DNA of 63,628 bases, counting the filler, from an uncultured Myxococcia bacterium (GTDB lineage: Bacteria > CAZTWC01), in the NCBI GenBank assembly GCA_964617105.1. It is 27 parts of 27 records of this genome, joined end to end, with 100 filler letters (N's around TTAATTAATTAA, not from the genome) between each part and the next. Parts side by side here need not be neighbours in the genome. Positions count along the whole stretch, not along the records: positions 29,937 to 32,235 come from CAZTWC010000440.1; positions 32,336 to 34,624 come from CAZTWC010000441.1; positions 34,725 to 37,001 come from CAZTWC010000442.1; positions 37,102 to 39,343 come from CAZTWC010000443.1; positions 39,444 to 41,650 come from CAZTWC010000444.1; positions 41,751 to 43,949 come from CAZTWC010000445.1; 21 more parts are not named here. One strand, written 5' to 3'. Shown here one piece after another: positions 31,305 to 41,863 of this stretch. Position 1 is the stretch's first letter. Every line of letters begins with the position of its first letter. The translations under genes and the position numbers were made by a program. The notes under the pieces are model-generated. The model did no database searches, was not told where the DNA came from, and saw only the letters and a list, made by a program, of their open reading frames with translations.

Positions 31305-32235
31305 ATATTATCCTGGGCGCTGGTGTTTCCGGACTGAGTTGCGCCTATCATTTAAAAAAATTTAACCTGCCCTGCCAGTTGCTGGAAAAAGCCGAGCAGG
31401 CGGGAGGACTGTGCCGCAGTTATCAACGTGAGGGTTTTACCTTTGATATTACCGGTCACTGGCTCCATTTGAAAAACCCTTACACCCAGAAGTTGCTGGA
31501 ACAACTGCTGCCAGGTCTGGCGGTTATTAGGCGCCGGGCCATGGTCAGAACCCAGGGGATTTATACCGATTATCCATACCAAATTAATACTCACGGTTTA
31601 CCACCCGCCACTATTGTGGAATGCCTGGAAGGCTTTATCAAGGCTGAATTTGACCGGAGCATAAAACCGGACAAAAAGGCGGCTAACTTTGCCCATTGGA
31701 TCAATATCCATTTGGGTGAGGGGTTTGCCAAAAATTTTATGCTCCCCTATAACCGTAAGTTGTGGACCAGGGACCCAGAACAACTTGATCCCTCCTGGTG
31801 CCGGAAATATGTTCCAATACCCACCATTCGCCAGGTGTTGGCCGGGGCTTTTGGTATTCAAGAGGATAAAATCGGGTACAATGCCACCTTCCGGTACCCG
31901 GTTAAAGGCGGCTGCGGAACCCTGGTTGAATCGCTGCAGACCCAACTTGACCCGGGGCAAGTTAAATGCGGGGTTGAGATAAAACACATTGATCCTGCCG
32001 CCAAGCAGGTTTATACGTCTAAAGGAAATTATAAATACCAAAAACTAATCAGCACCCTGCCACTCCCGGTTCTGGCCCATCTACTCCCCTGGCCTAAAAA
32101 TCTGATAAAATATTTTAAGCGGTTGCAATGGTCCAAAGTTTTCTATATAAATTTAGGCGTCCGGGAGGGCAAGCCGCCTACCCAGGGGCCGGGACCTTTT
32201 CATTGGATCTATTTTCCCGAACCCCAATACCAATT
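31301..32235 (+). CDS. FAD-dependent oxidoreductase (protoporphyrinogen oxidase / UDP-galactopyranose mutase-like; 3' truncated)
   Basis: ILGAGVSGL, GGLCRS, FDITGH, PYNRKLW, FRYP..GG. Confidence 0.85.
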
Positions 32236-32335
32236 NNNNNNNNNNNNNNNNNNNNNNNNNNNNNNNNNNNNNNNNNNNNTTAATTAATTAANNNNNNNNN
32301 NNNNNNNNNNNNNNNNNNNNNNNNNNNNNNNNNNN

Positions 32336-33241
32336 GATTTGATTGGTGAGATTTTGTTCTGGAAAAATATCATCCGGAGCAGCCTCGACATCTTTTAGCA
32401 ACGTGACAAACAACTCCTGCTGCTGATGTTGAACTCCATAAAATTTAGCGTAATAGACCTTGGCCAGCAGCATTTTACCTTTAGTAATCTCAAGGGCTTT
32501 TTCAAAATGTTCTTTTGCCTTTTTGGGAACGCCGCCAAGATATTTTGGCCGGGCTTGATAAATCCCAAAGAACAGGTGGGGACCGCCGTAGTAATAGTTT
32601 TCGTCCATCTCCAGCACTTTTTCCATGATGGCTACCACCTTTGGTAATTGGGAGATTGCCTGGGGTGAAGTGAGGTTTAGATTGATCCAGTTGGCCCAAT
32701 TATAGGCAAGCCAAAAGAGATATGGTACGCTTTCATCAGTAAATAGATTTAAATAATTTTTCATATCCTCAACCCGGCCTGATTTGAGCAGATCTACAAA
32801 GGGATTGGAGTTGTCAAAACAGCGCAGAGCGTAATTTTTGGCGCGCAGATAAAATTTAGCCGCCCGCTGGTTAATTTTTTCCGCATCTTCCAGCCGATCC
32901 TCCAGTTTGGCGGTTTCAGCTTTGGTTTCCAGAAAACCCAGGGCATAGCCGCCATAGGCCTGTGACGCCAATAACAGCAGGTCGGAGTTGTCCGGGTCTC
33001 CCTTTATAAGTGCATCTATCAGTTTCAGGTTGGAGGCCAGGGCATGTTCTGCCAAAGGTAGATCATCTTCTTCGTAAAAAGCCCCCATGCCATCTTTGAG
33101 AATTTCTCCGGTGGTTCTTACGGCGATAGTTTTGATACTACAACCCGCCGCCAGGCAGAATAATAGAATATTTAGCCAGTAAATAAAAAACCGATTTTTA
33201 ACCTTTAGCGCAAGTTGGATTGGGGAGATCTCTGGTTGCAA
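32336..33241 (-). CDS. TRAP-T transporter TatT-family lipoprotein (3' truncated)
   Basis: AGC lipobox; EDDL.LAE.AL.SNLK; LGG...KAKEHFEKAL. Confidence 0.85.
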
Positions 33242-33482
33242 GTTTGTCTTCCTTTCTAAGCCGTATAAATAGTAATATTAAAAATATAACCGGAATACCT
33301 GCTAATTAGCAAGAATAAAATAGTGTATTCAGAAAACTAATCTCAGAGACCAGGGCAGCCGTTTTTTTTATAACTTCAGCTTGAAATATAATAACAGAAG
33401 GAATAACATAGTTTTTCGTTCATCAGGGTGTTGGTTTAGCCTGCCCGAAGAACTACCTAAATGATTCTCCACAGGAGGTTTT

Positions 33483-34313
33483 ATGGCTCGCTGTTTTGCT
33501 GTGAGATGTAATAATTCTCAATTTTTGCCTTGTTGCCTGAAAATTATGGACGATCTGATTAACCAGCCGCCAGTGGATCATTATGACAGTTTTGGCGTGG
33601 GCTACTATCAGGATCATACCGTATTTTTGAGGAAAAAACCTAGCGGAGATCCTTTGACTTGCTTCAACAACAGTACCTCTGATATTAAATCAGAGTGCCT
33701 TATGGGGCGTATCTTGTCTGGAACAGTGGGTCATTTCCAAGATGAGAATACCCAACCTTTTAAATTCAGGCATTGGCTGTTTTCCCATACCGGCACCATT
33801 CAGAACTTTTCCGATTACCATAAACTGATTTTCAATAGCCTGCCGGAACATTTGCAGAGAAATATCAAAGGAAATACCGACAGTGAGTTAATTTTCCATA
33901 CTTTTTTAGCCCGGATATTCAAACAAATTAATATGGAAGATCACAGCCCAGACCCATCTCTGGTAGCTAATATCCTCAATGATACTATTGAGTATATCCA
34001 TGAAATTACAGGTAAAAATGACAAATCGATTCTTAATCTTACGGTTTGTAATGGAAGAATGATAGCAGCTTCAAGGCATGGAGGCGCTCTTTTTTATTCT
34101 TTTGTGGAGGGGATAGAACGGTGTGATATATGTAACGTTGATGCCACGGCTGAACAGAAACCCAGTACTTTGGCCATGGCCCATAAGGCTTTCAGGGCAG
34201 TGCTTCTGGCTTCTGACGTTAGTTCCAGTCTCTCCCAATGGATTGAAGTACCGCAAAATTCAATTATTATCATAGATCGAAATCTGAAGGTGGATATATT
34301 CCCAGAAAATTGA
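33483..34313 (+). CDS. Class II glutamine amidotransferase-like (EgtC/YafJ) protein
   Basis: NTQPFKF, HTGTI, GNTDSE motifs; starts MAR rather than MCR. Confidence 0.8.
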   Translation: MARCFAVRCNNSQFLPCCLKIMDDLINQPPVDHYDSFGVGYYQDHTVFLRKKPSGDPLTCFNNSTSDIKSECLMGRILSGTVGHFQDENTQPFKFRHWLFSHTGTIQNFSDYHKLIFNSLPEHLQRNIKGNTDSELIFHTFLARIFKQINMEDHSPDPSLVANILNDTIEYIHEITGKNDKSILNLTVCNGRMIAASRHGGALFYSFVEGIERCDICNVDATAEQKPSTLAMAHKAFRAVLLASDVSSSLSQWIEVPQNSIIIIDRNLKVDIFPEN

Positions 34314-34342
34314 TATCACCTTTTCTGTCCAACCCCGGTTCC

Positions 34343-34624
34343 ATGAGAAATATCTATTTTTTCCACTTATTGGTATCCTTAATCGCTATTTTGTTGAGCC
34401 TGTTTTTTATTCAGGGGTGCAAGGAAGATAACCGGAAAACTAACCATTCCTCGGCGAATGATTCAGCCCACAGTGGAGACGGTGACAACGGGTTAGCCAG
34501 GGCAGATTTTACCCCTATAACTATTACTCGTGACTCCAAAGATCTTTTGTTCACCTTTTTGGATCAGAGCGGTTCTTTTAAAACCGTTGATAGTATTGAT
34601 AAAATTTCAGCTAAATCCCGGCAC
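34343..34624 (+). CDS. Lipoprotein, N-terminal fragment
   Basis: Hydrophobic signal ending IQGC. Confidence 0.55.
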
Positions 34625-34769
34625 NNNNNNNNNNNNNNNNNNNNNNNNNNNNNNNNNNNNNNNNNNNNTTAATTAATTAANNNNNNNNNNNNNNNNNNNN
34701 NNNNNNNNNNNNNNNNNNNNNNNNTATCTACTCATATGAATAGATAGTATCATATATGTATAGATTATG

Positions 34770-35452
34770 TCAAGCAGTTGTTTGCCCCCGTAAAGAGCCA
34801 AACAGCATAATAGCCGCCCTGGTGGGCAAAAAGGAGTTGCCATCTTTAATTAACAGGCCCCAATCATATAGAAAATCTTTATGAGGCTGGTCTGGATCAA
34901 AACCTGCATTTAAGGTGTGAAATCGGTTCCTATACCATTTCAGGCTGCCAGAGTCAAAAGCCTCCTCAATTGCACTCTCTCAAAGGGCTGACTGTCCCAC
35001 CTGTCAGTAGTAGCATCCCTTAACATCCTTTCAATATCCTGCATTTGGGCTTTGTAGTCGCCGCCACCTTTTCTGATAAAGGTGCGTCTAATATCTCCAT
35101 CAAGATAAACAGGTTTACGAGAGCGGGAATTTTCGGAAATGTAAAAGGCAAGTATAGTACTATTGTCGGTAATTACCCTTTGTTCTTCGATCTGCACATC
35201 GTGGTTTATTTTTTTGTCAGCATGAAGGACAGAGAGAAAATCGTTTTGGACTTTGTCAGGCCGCTCAACACCATTGACTTTAAACTCTTCACCTTGCTGA
35301 GAAATACCAAAGATGATCCAGCCGCCATGGGTATTGGCAAAAGCAGACACCGTCTCAAAGGCAGATTTAGGAACAGCCGCTTTAGCCGATTTAAACTCCA
35401 CATCATTCCATTCACCGGCTTTTAGGAGAGATTTGAGTTCTGTCAGGTTCAT
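34770..35452 (-). pseudogene. AlbA_2 (Schlafen-like) domain protein, frameshifted and truncated
   Basis: EWNDVEFK, ETVSAFANT.GG; homologous-looking sequence continues in another frame after about 34970 (LKWYRNRF...TRAAIMLFG) and then stops. Confidence 0.75.
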
Positions 35453-35589
35453 GGTGTCCAGTGTTCGTTGCCAAGTTAGTTTGGATGCATTTTACCCTCT
35501 TGTCTTTATCTGCTGGGGGAGAATTCACAGCAGGCAGACCAGGGTGTTTTTTACAAGGTATCAATTATAGATTTTTACGTCAATGAGAT

Positions 35590-35680
35590 TTAGCGGACAG
35601 GGGTGTCGAACCAACACATCATGGTGTTTTTTGCTGTAATATTAGCCGTTAAGTCTATGTCAACAAGAGAGTGACAAGAA
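35590..35680. mobile_element. Degenerate att site (tRNA 3' remnant plus arm repeats)
   Basis: TAGCGGACAGGGGTGTCGAACC, then ATGGTGTTTTTTG, then ACAAGA twice 11 nt apart. Confidence 0.45.
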
Positions 35681-36045
35681 ATATGATGGGCTTTAAATGG
35701 GAGTCTCTATCACAAGTTTAATAATTCATGATCAACAAAGTTACTGCCTGATTAGATGTTCTGATAATTATTATTATTTTCCTTATTTGTCACAAAAATA
35801 ATTGACCACTGTTTTTATCTTTGATAGTGTCGTTATGTGGTTTTTTTCACCCCTCTGAGATAGGCGTAATTTGACATCGTTTTTACTCCAATTTACAGAA
35901 AAAATCCAATTATGAATTTATTTGGACGGATACCGTCCAATTTAAATACCATTTTTCGTACATATCCGTCCAGTGAAAATGATCGTTTTTTGTGGACGGG
36001 GTTGGTTTTCCCCAATCAACCTTCTGAAAGTTTATTTAGGTTCCA

Positions 36046-36581
36046 ATGGAAAAAGATCAAAATCAATCACTAGAAATTGTTCCCCAGGAAATAATTGAAA
36101 ATAAAATCAACTAATTCGAGGTCAGAAGGTGATGCTGGACAGTGATCTGGCAGCGATGTATGAAGTGGAAACCAAAGTATTAGTGCAGGCTGTAAAACGA
36201 AATATCAACCGTTTCCCAAATGATTTTATGTTTCAACTTTCTACAGAAGAATTCAAATATTTGAAGTCACAAATTGTGACCTCAAAGGGGCGTGGTGGTC
36301 GCAGACTACCACCATATGTCTTTTCAGAACTTGGAGTTGCCATGCTTTCATCAGTTTTAAGAAGCGAAAGAGCCATTCAAGTCAATATCGCCATAATGCG
36401 GACATTTGTCAAAATGCGCCAGTTACTCGCCGAACACGCTGAAATATGGCGAAAGATAGAAACAATAGAGAAAACCGTGAATTTCCAAGGTATGCAATTG
36501 AGCACTTTGATTCAGGAAGTGAACAAATTGCTGCCAGGGAGGTCGGTTGATCCGAAAGAGATAAAAGGGTTTAGGGATTAA
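36046..36581 (+). pseudogene. ORF6N (KilA-like) DNA-binding protein with a 1-nt frameshift near codon 21
   Basis: MEKDQ...IIENKI in one frame; QLIRGQKVMLDSDLA..Y.VETK...QAVKRN..RFP.DFMFQL in the next. Confidence 0.8.
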
Positions 36582-36653
36582 TATTGCCCAAAAAGTCTAA
36601 TAAAACTATTATATTAAATAATAATGAATGGTTACCATAAAAGGAAGTCTATT

Positions 36654-37001
36654 ATGAAAATCAAAACTACCTTGCTAATATCTTTAGCATTCATTTTAAT
36701 CACTATTAGCGTTTCTCATGCCAAAAAAGAGACCCTGGTGGTGATGGACTTAAAGCCAATTGGTGTTAGCCAGAACAATGCGCTGATTTTGACTGAGCGG
36801 GTGCGGGCGGCGATAAGTAAGACCAAAAAGTATATCCTTGTCAGCAGGGAGGAGATGGAGAACATTGCCAAAGAGCAACGTTTTCAGGTGTCGGATAAGT
36901 GCGATTCCACCAGTTGTTATGCTGAAATTGGTGGGGCGTTGGGGGCCAAGAAGATGGTTGCTGGCAGTGTTGGTAAAATCGGTGATACTTACACATTAAC
37001 A
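36654..37001 (+). CDS. Secreted CsgG/DUF2380-like N-terminal domain protein (PEGA-family paralogue), fragment
   Basis: Signal peptide; EQRFQVSDKCDSTSCYAEIGGALGAKKMVAGSVGKIG. Confidence 0.8.
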
Positions 37002-37187
37002 NNNNNNNNNNNNNNNNNNNNNNNNNNNNNNNNNNNNNNNNNNNNTTAATTAATTAANNNNNNNNNNNNNNNNNNNNNNNNNNNNNNNNNNNNNNNNNNN
37101 NCTTATTTAAGCAATTGATTTTTCACATGAAAACACTATTCTTTTCAACACCCTTAGATAGAAAAAATAGCCGGCAACCGGGAGACT

Positions 37188-38510
37188 TTGGCTGCTATTG
37201 TTTACCCTTTTCATGCCGATTTTGGCGCTGGTTTTCTCAAGAGCATTTCTGCTCCCCAGGAGTTGTTGGATACCGTTAATTTTCACCCCTGGCCTGAAAA
37301 AAGTGATTCAAAATATGTGCGGGCAGTGGCGCTGGCAGATCTAGTGTTAAGTGGCGTGGGTTTTACCCTGGAGAAAAAATATAGGCAATTTCCCAAAAAA
37401 GGATTGGCAATAGTAAAAGAGGTGAACATTGATGTAAAAATTTTGCCCGACATTTTGACCAATCTAAATACTATTATGGCTAAAAAATATGGGGTAATCA
37501 CCTCCATGGTCAAAGGGCACGACCAGAAATTATCCCAGTTGCAACTGTATACCGAACAGTTGATCAAAAGCCTGGAAAGGGAGGTGGACAAGGAGAAAAA
37601 GATAACTGCTAAAAATCAGGAAGTTCCCCTGGCAAACCTGCTGAAATTTGATAATGATCAGGAGAAGAAAAACGCCCTGTACCGCTGGTCGAACCCCAAG
37701 ATATTTACCGAATTTTTAGAAACTACCCTGAGGTGCTTTAAGAACCCCCTTACGCTCCAGCGATTGAGCGCCATTGTAAAGCAGAATCCAGTGGTTTTTT
37801 ATTATCTGTGCAAGTTTTCTCCTGAGATTTACAAAAATACCCTGGCACGGGGAGAGAGCCTGAATTATTTTTTGCAAAAGTTGAGCCTGAAGCATTTAAA
37901 AATTTATTTAACCTGCTTTGATGAGGTGGAGAAAATTGACCAGATCAAACCGGAGATGTTTCAATATATCAACCGTTACTTTTTTTCAACTCTGACCATA
38001 GCGGAGTCTTCAGTTCTATTGGCCCGGGAGATTAAAGATGCCCGGGTGAAGCCAGAGTTTGCCCGGACAGTGGCTCTGCTACACAACATAGGTGAATATG
38101 CCATTTTGACCCATCTCTCGGAACAGGGAGAAACCAGTATAAAAAGAGTGGACAACCTCCTCTGGACCTGGGAAAAGAAACTGAGCGCCGAACTGTTGAG
38201 AATGGAATTCGGCCGGCAATTGGCAGAGATTACATCCTTTAGAGATGCCCCCAACTTATTGACATCTTACGGTTATTATCCCTTGATCCTCTATTCCGCC
38301 CGGATTATATACGCTATTTTAAAAGGCAAACTGAACAAGGAAGAGACCCTGATCGCCTTAAAGGCTTTAGAGGGAAGTCCCTTGAATATTAACATCATTT
38401 CCAACATCGCCAACAAGATTAAAAATAAGGTGGCGGGTTTTACCACTCCCTTGCACAGTCTATCCTCTGGCGCCGCTAAAGTGAGCGTAACTTTTATAAA
38501 ACCTGAGTAA
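37188..38510 (+). CDS. HDOD-domain-like protein
   Basis: LSAIVKQNP, TVALLHNIGEYAIL. Confidence 0.65.
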   Translation: MAAIVYPFHADFGAGFLKSISAPQELLDTVNFHPWPEKSDSKYVRAVALADLVLSGVGFTLEKKYRQFPKKGLAIVKEVNIDVKILPDILTNLNTIMAKKYGVITSMVKGHDQKLSQLQLYTEQLIKSLEREVDKEKKITAKNQEVPLANLLKFDNDQEKKNALYRWSNPKIFTEFLETTLRCFKNPLTLQRLSAIVKQNPVVFYYLCKFSPEIYKNTLARGESLNYFLQKLSLKHLKIYLTCFDEVEKIDQIKPEMFQYINRYFFSTLTIAESSVLLAREIKDARVKPEFARTVALLHNIGEYAILTHLSEQGETSIKRVDNLLWTWEKKLSAELLRMEFGRQLAEITSFRDAPNLLTSYGYYPLILYSARIIYAILKGKLNKEETLIALKALEGSPLNINIISNIANKIKNKVAGFTTPLHSLSSGAAKVSVTFIKPE

Positions 38511-38637
38511 TGTCCGTCCGGAAACTGTACTGTACCTATCCAAAACCCTACTCCAGACTGGACTTTTTCTGTTTTTTATTCTAAAAAAGAAGTGTTCTTT
38601 TCAATTTTGAGATCGATTATAAAATTGAGGTTGTAGA

Positions 38638-39343
38638 ATGAAAAACCGAATAGTTCCTTTGGGCCGGGGGTTACTTACCTTAGGTTTAGGGTGTATAAAC
38701 ACGATTTTTTGGTTTATCCCTATCCTCTTTGTTGGGGCAATAAAAAAATGTTTGCCCCTTGGAAATATGAGAGGTAAGTGCAATATGGTTTTACAAAAAC
38801 TATGTGCACTTTGGGCCTCTACCAACAAGTTAAATATCGATTTGTTGTTAAAAATCAACCTGGAATTAGTGATACCAGAGGGGCTGAGCATAAATCGCTG
38901 GTATTTGGTAATCTGCAATCATCAGTCCTGGGTGGATATTTTGATGCTTCAATATACCCTTAACACCCGGATACCCTATCTGTGCTTTTTTTTAAAAAAA
39001 GAGTTGCGCTGGATCCCAGTTCTTAATATCGCCTGGTGGCTTTTGGATTATCCTTATATGACCCGTTATTCCAAAAATTTTTTAGCCAAGCACCCCAATT
39101 TGAAGGGCAAAGACCTGGAAATAACCAAAAAAGCCTGCCGCCGGTTACATCATAACCCGGTAGCCATAATGAACTTTGTGGAGGGTACCCGCTTTAGACA
39201 AAAAAAGCATAAAAAACAAAAATCACCCTACCGCCACCTGCTGCTCCCCAAAGCGGGCGGTATCGCTTTTGTGCTAGGAGCCATGAAAGAGCGGCTCCAT
39301 TCAATTATTGATGTCACTATTGCCTATCCTGAAGGCAGCAAGG
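38638..39343 (+). CDS. YihG-like acyltransferase (3' truncated)
   Basis: NHQSWVDI, FFLKKEL, NFVEGTRF, LLLPKAGG. Confidence 0.92.
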
Positions 39344-39480
39344 NNNNNNNNNNNNNNNNNNNNNNNNNNNNNNNNNNNNNNNNNNNNTTAATTAATTAAN
39401 NNNNNNNNNNNNNNNNNNNNNNNNNNNNNNNNNNNNNNNNNNNATTTGAGTACCTGCCTGGGCGGCAGCCTGTTGGTTTC

Positions 39481-41100
39481 TTACTTGCCAAATTCACCAT
39501 CTGGATGCATGGCCGGGGTCTCGCCAAATTTGGGAGTATAGGTGCCATATGCCGGTGGCTTCATTTTGTCGGTAATATAGATGGGTACATCAGCGTGATC
39601 GTACCACTTCGCATTGGGATCATCAGATTTTGTCCCGGTTTTTTCATCGCCGCTCTGAAAACGGAACAGCACCATGTCGGTGCCCTCTTTTAGAGAGTTT
39701 TTGTCTAATGAGATATGACCGGATACTTTTTGTCCTGGCTCTATCTCAGTGTCATCCAGGGTGACTGATCCAGCGAAATACTTGAAATCTTTGGGATTCT
39801 GACCCGCCTTGTAGAACGCCTCACCTTTGGGGGCATTTTTATCCTTGGAAAAGGCCTTGTGTAAACCCTCTTTGTTGTAGTGGGAGATCTCCAAAAACCT
39901 GACCATGGCTTTTTTGGCGCAGGTGTTTTGCAGATTAAACTCGATTTCACAACCGTTCTCATCACACTTTTCTCTTTTGTCTTTCACATATACCCGGGCC
40001 ACCTGGGAACACTTGTGATCAGTCTGGATCCACAGGGCGTGGGAGGTTTTGGCAGTTTGGCCGTTAGAGCCGGTAACTGTCAGAGTGACCACCCGCCGGA
40101 CATTGTCATCTTGCAACTCTTTTTCCAAAGCATCCTGATCTTCAAACTTGTAGGTGTGCTCCACGTGCAGATCCTGGGTGATTTTGGTCTGGCCATCGCC
40201 AAAATTCCAATGGCATTGGGTGATAGTCACCCCTTTGACCCGGGAGGGCTCGGCTAAAAACATATACTTGGGTTTCATGGTCATCACATCGTGGTGAAAC
40301 TGAAAACCTGCTGCCAGTTTCTCTTTTTTCTGTTTCATGGCATCGCAGTCACCTCTGACCTCCACCTGAAAACGGCGGGTAATGGGTACCCCGGTTTCTG
40401 AGTAAACCCAGGCTACCACGGTGTATTTTCCCGGTTTTTTAACTCCGCCAAACTCCGCCACCCGGCCCGAGTTGTAGTAGCGCTGCCCATCGTGGGGATT
40501 GGTCCAACTCCAGGCGTACTCTAGTTTTTGTCCCTTCTCATCAGTGGCATCCATCTCGATGATGGTGGAATCGTTGAGGCAGATAGAGGGCTTCCACACC
40601 TTTACATCGTTTAGTTTCACTGTTTGGGGCGGCAGTTTGGCCGCCATTTCTTGGGGAAGGGGTTTTCCCGCCATGATCAACTGCTGCATTTTAGTTACAT
40701 CAATTTCACCTGGACCAGTACCTCCTTTGGAAGGATCTATTTTTTTTGTAACCATAATCTCAGTGTAATCATCACTGCTGTTCCCCTCCTGGTTGGTGAC
40801 TATCACCTTGATTTTGTATTTGCCCGTGGTATCTGGGGCCTGCCACACGATTTTTTTGCCAGTGCCTTTAATAATCCCGCTGTCAGCCTTCCACTTATAG
40901 GTGTATTTTCCCGGCTGGGCCGCACTGGAGATGGCTTTGACCTCCAGGGGATTGTTGCTTCCTGGCATCACCTGGTACCTCTCCTGAAAGATTTCTACTT
41001 TAAACTGCTCCTCTTCTTCTCCCGGCATGGTCAGAAAGATCATCAATCCCAGGAAAATTACTACTACCACCCCGAGCGCGATTTTGGTGTTTTTACTCAT
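39481..41100 (-). CDS. Membrane-anchored PKD/Ig-like domain protein
   Basis: N-terminal TM; YTYKW...W.AP..G.Y and WNFGDG..HTY motifs; GGAGG RBS. Confidence 0.8.
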   Translation of the reverse strand: MSKNTKIALGVVVVIFLGLMIFLTMPGEEEEQFKVEIFQERYQVMPGSNNPLEVKAISSAAQPGKYTYKWKADSGIIKGTGKKIVWQAPDTTGKYKIKVIVTNQEGNSSDDYTEIMVTKKIDPSKGGTGPGEIDVTKMQQLIMAGKPLPQEMAAKLPPQTVKLNDVKVWKPSICLNDSTIIEMDATDEKGQKLEYAWSWTNPHDGQRYYNSGRVAEFGGVKKPGKYTVVAWVYSETGVPITRRFQVEVRGDCDAMKQKKEKLAAGFQFHHDVMTMKPKYMFLAEPSRVKGVTITQCHWNFGDGQTKITQDLHVEHTYKFEDQDALEKELQDDNVRRVVTLTVTGSNGQTAKTSHALWIQTDHKCSQVARVYVKDKREKCDENGCEIEFNLQNTCAKKAMVRFLEISHYNKEGLHKAFSKDKNAPKGEAFYKAGQNPKDFKYFAGSVTLDDTEIEPGQKVSGHISLDKNSLKEGTDMVLFRFQSGDEKTGTKSDDPNAKWYDHADVPIYITDKMKPPAYGTYTPKFGETPAMHPDGEFGK

Positions 41101-41330
41101 TTTTACCTCCAGAAAATGTTAATAATACAGATACAATATTTAAATACCTAAAAGTCTGTTGAGCACTTCTTAAATGTTGTTGCCAATGACCGATTGATTG
41201 GCAAAACTATTTCCCTAATTTAAAAGACTATATATTATTGACTTTAATTGCAAAAAATGCAATAAAAAAATTTACTAAATATGCAAATAATGCAGCGGTA
41301 AATATGATACCAACAATAAAGGAGAAAATA

Positions 41331-41650
41331 ATGCCACGGATTCACATTATTATATGGATCTCTTTTCTGTCTTTAATATTTTTTTCTGCCTGCCAGGGCC
41401 CAAAAGATTCCGGAGCACCACCAATTGCAAAAAATGGGGCGCTAGACCTCTCTCAGTACAATTTTGAGCAAGATGGCCCCCTGGAGTTAAAAGGGGAGTG
41501 GAAGTTCAAGTGGCTGGAGGATAAATCTGAGTTTGCCTATCCTGATTACAACGATTCTAACTGGGATTTGATTAAAACCCCTGGTTATTGGAACCAAAAA
41601 GTAAAAACCGGCCAGGGGTACGGCTGGTACAGATTAAAAGTGAAATTGCC
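41331..41650 (+). CDS. Lipoprotein/sensor with galactose-binding-like N-terminal domain, fragment
   Basis: A.NG.LDLS...LKGEWKF.W...PGYW...GYGWYRL. Confidence 0.7.
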
Positions 41651-41752
41651 NNNNNNNNNNNNNNNNNNNNNNNNNNNNNNNNNNNNNNNNNNNNTTAATT
41701 AATTAANNNNNNNNNNNNNNNNNNNNNNNNNNNNNNNNNNNNNNNNNNNNAA

Positions 41753-41863
41753 AGCCGGTTGACAATTTTGCTGGTTACTCATGAAAAGTGGATTGCCGAC
41801 CGGGCGGATCGGGTTTTACGTTTGCAGGACGGCCAAATAATAGAAGCAGGTGACAGTCCATGA
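41753..41863 (+). CDS. ABC transporter ATP-binding protein, C-terminal fragment
   Basis: LLVTHE..IADRADRVLRLQDG H-loop. Confidence 0.8.
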   Translation, partial: SRLTILLVTHEKWIADRADRVLRLQDGQIIEAGDSP

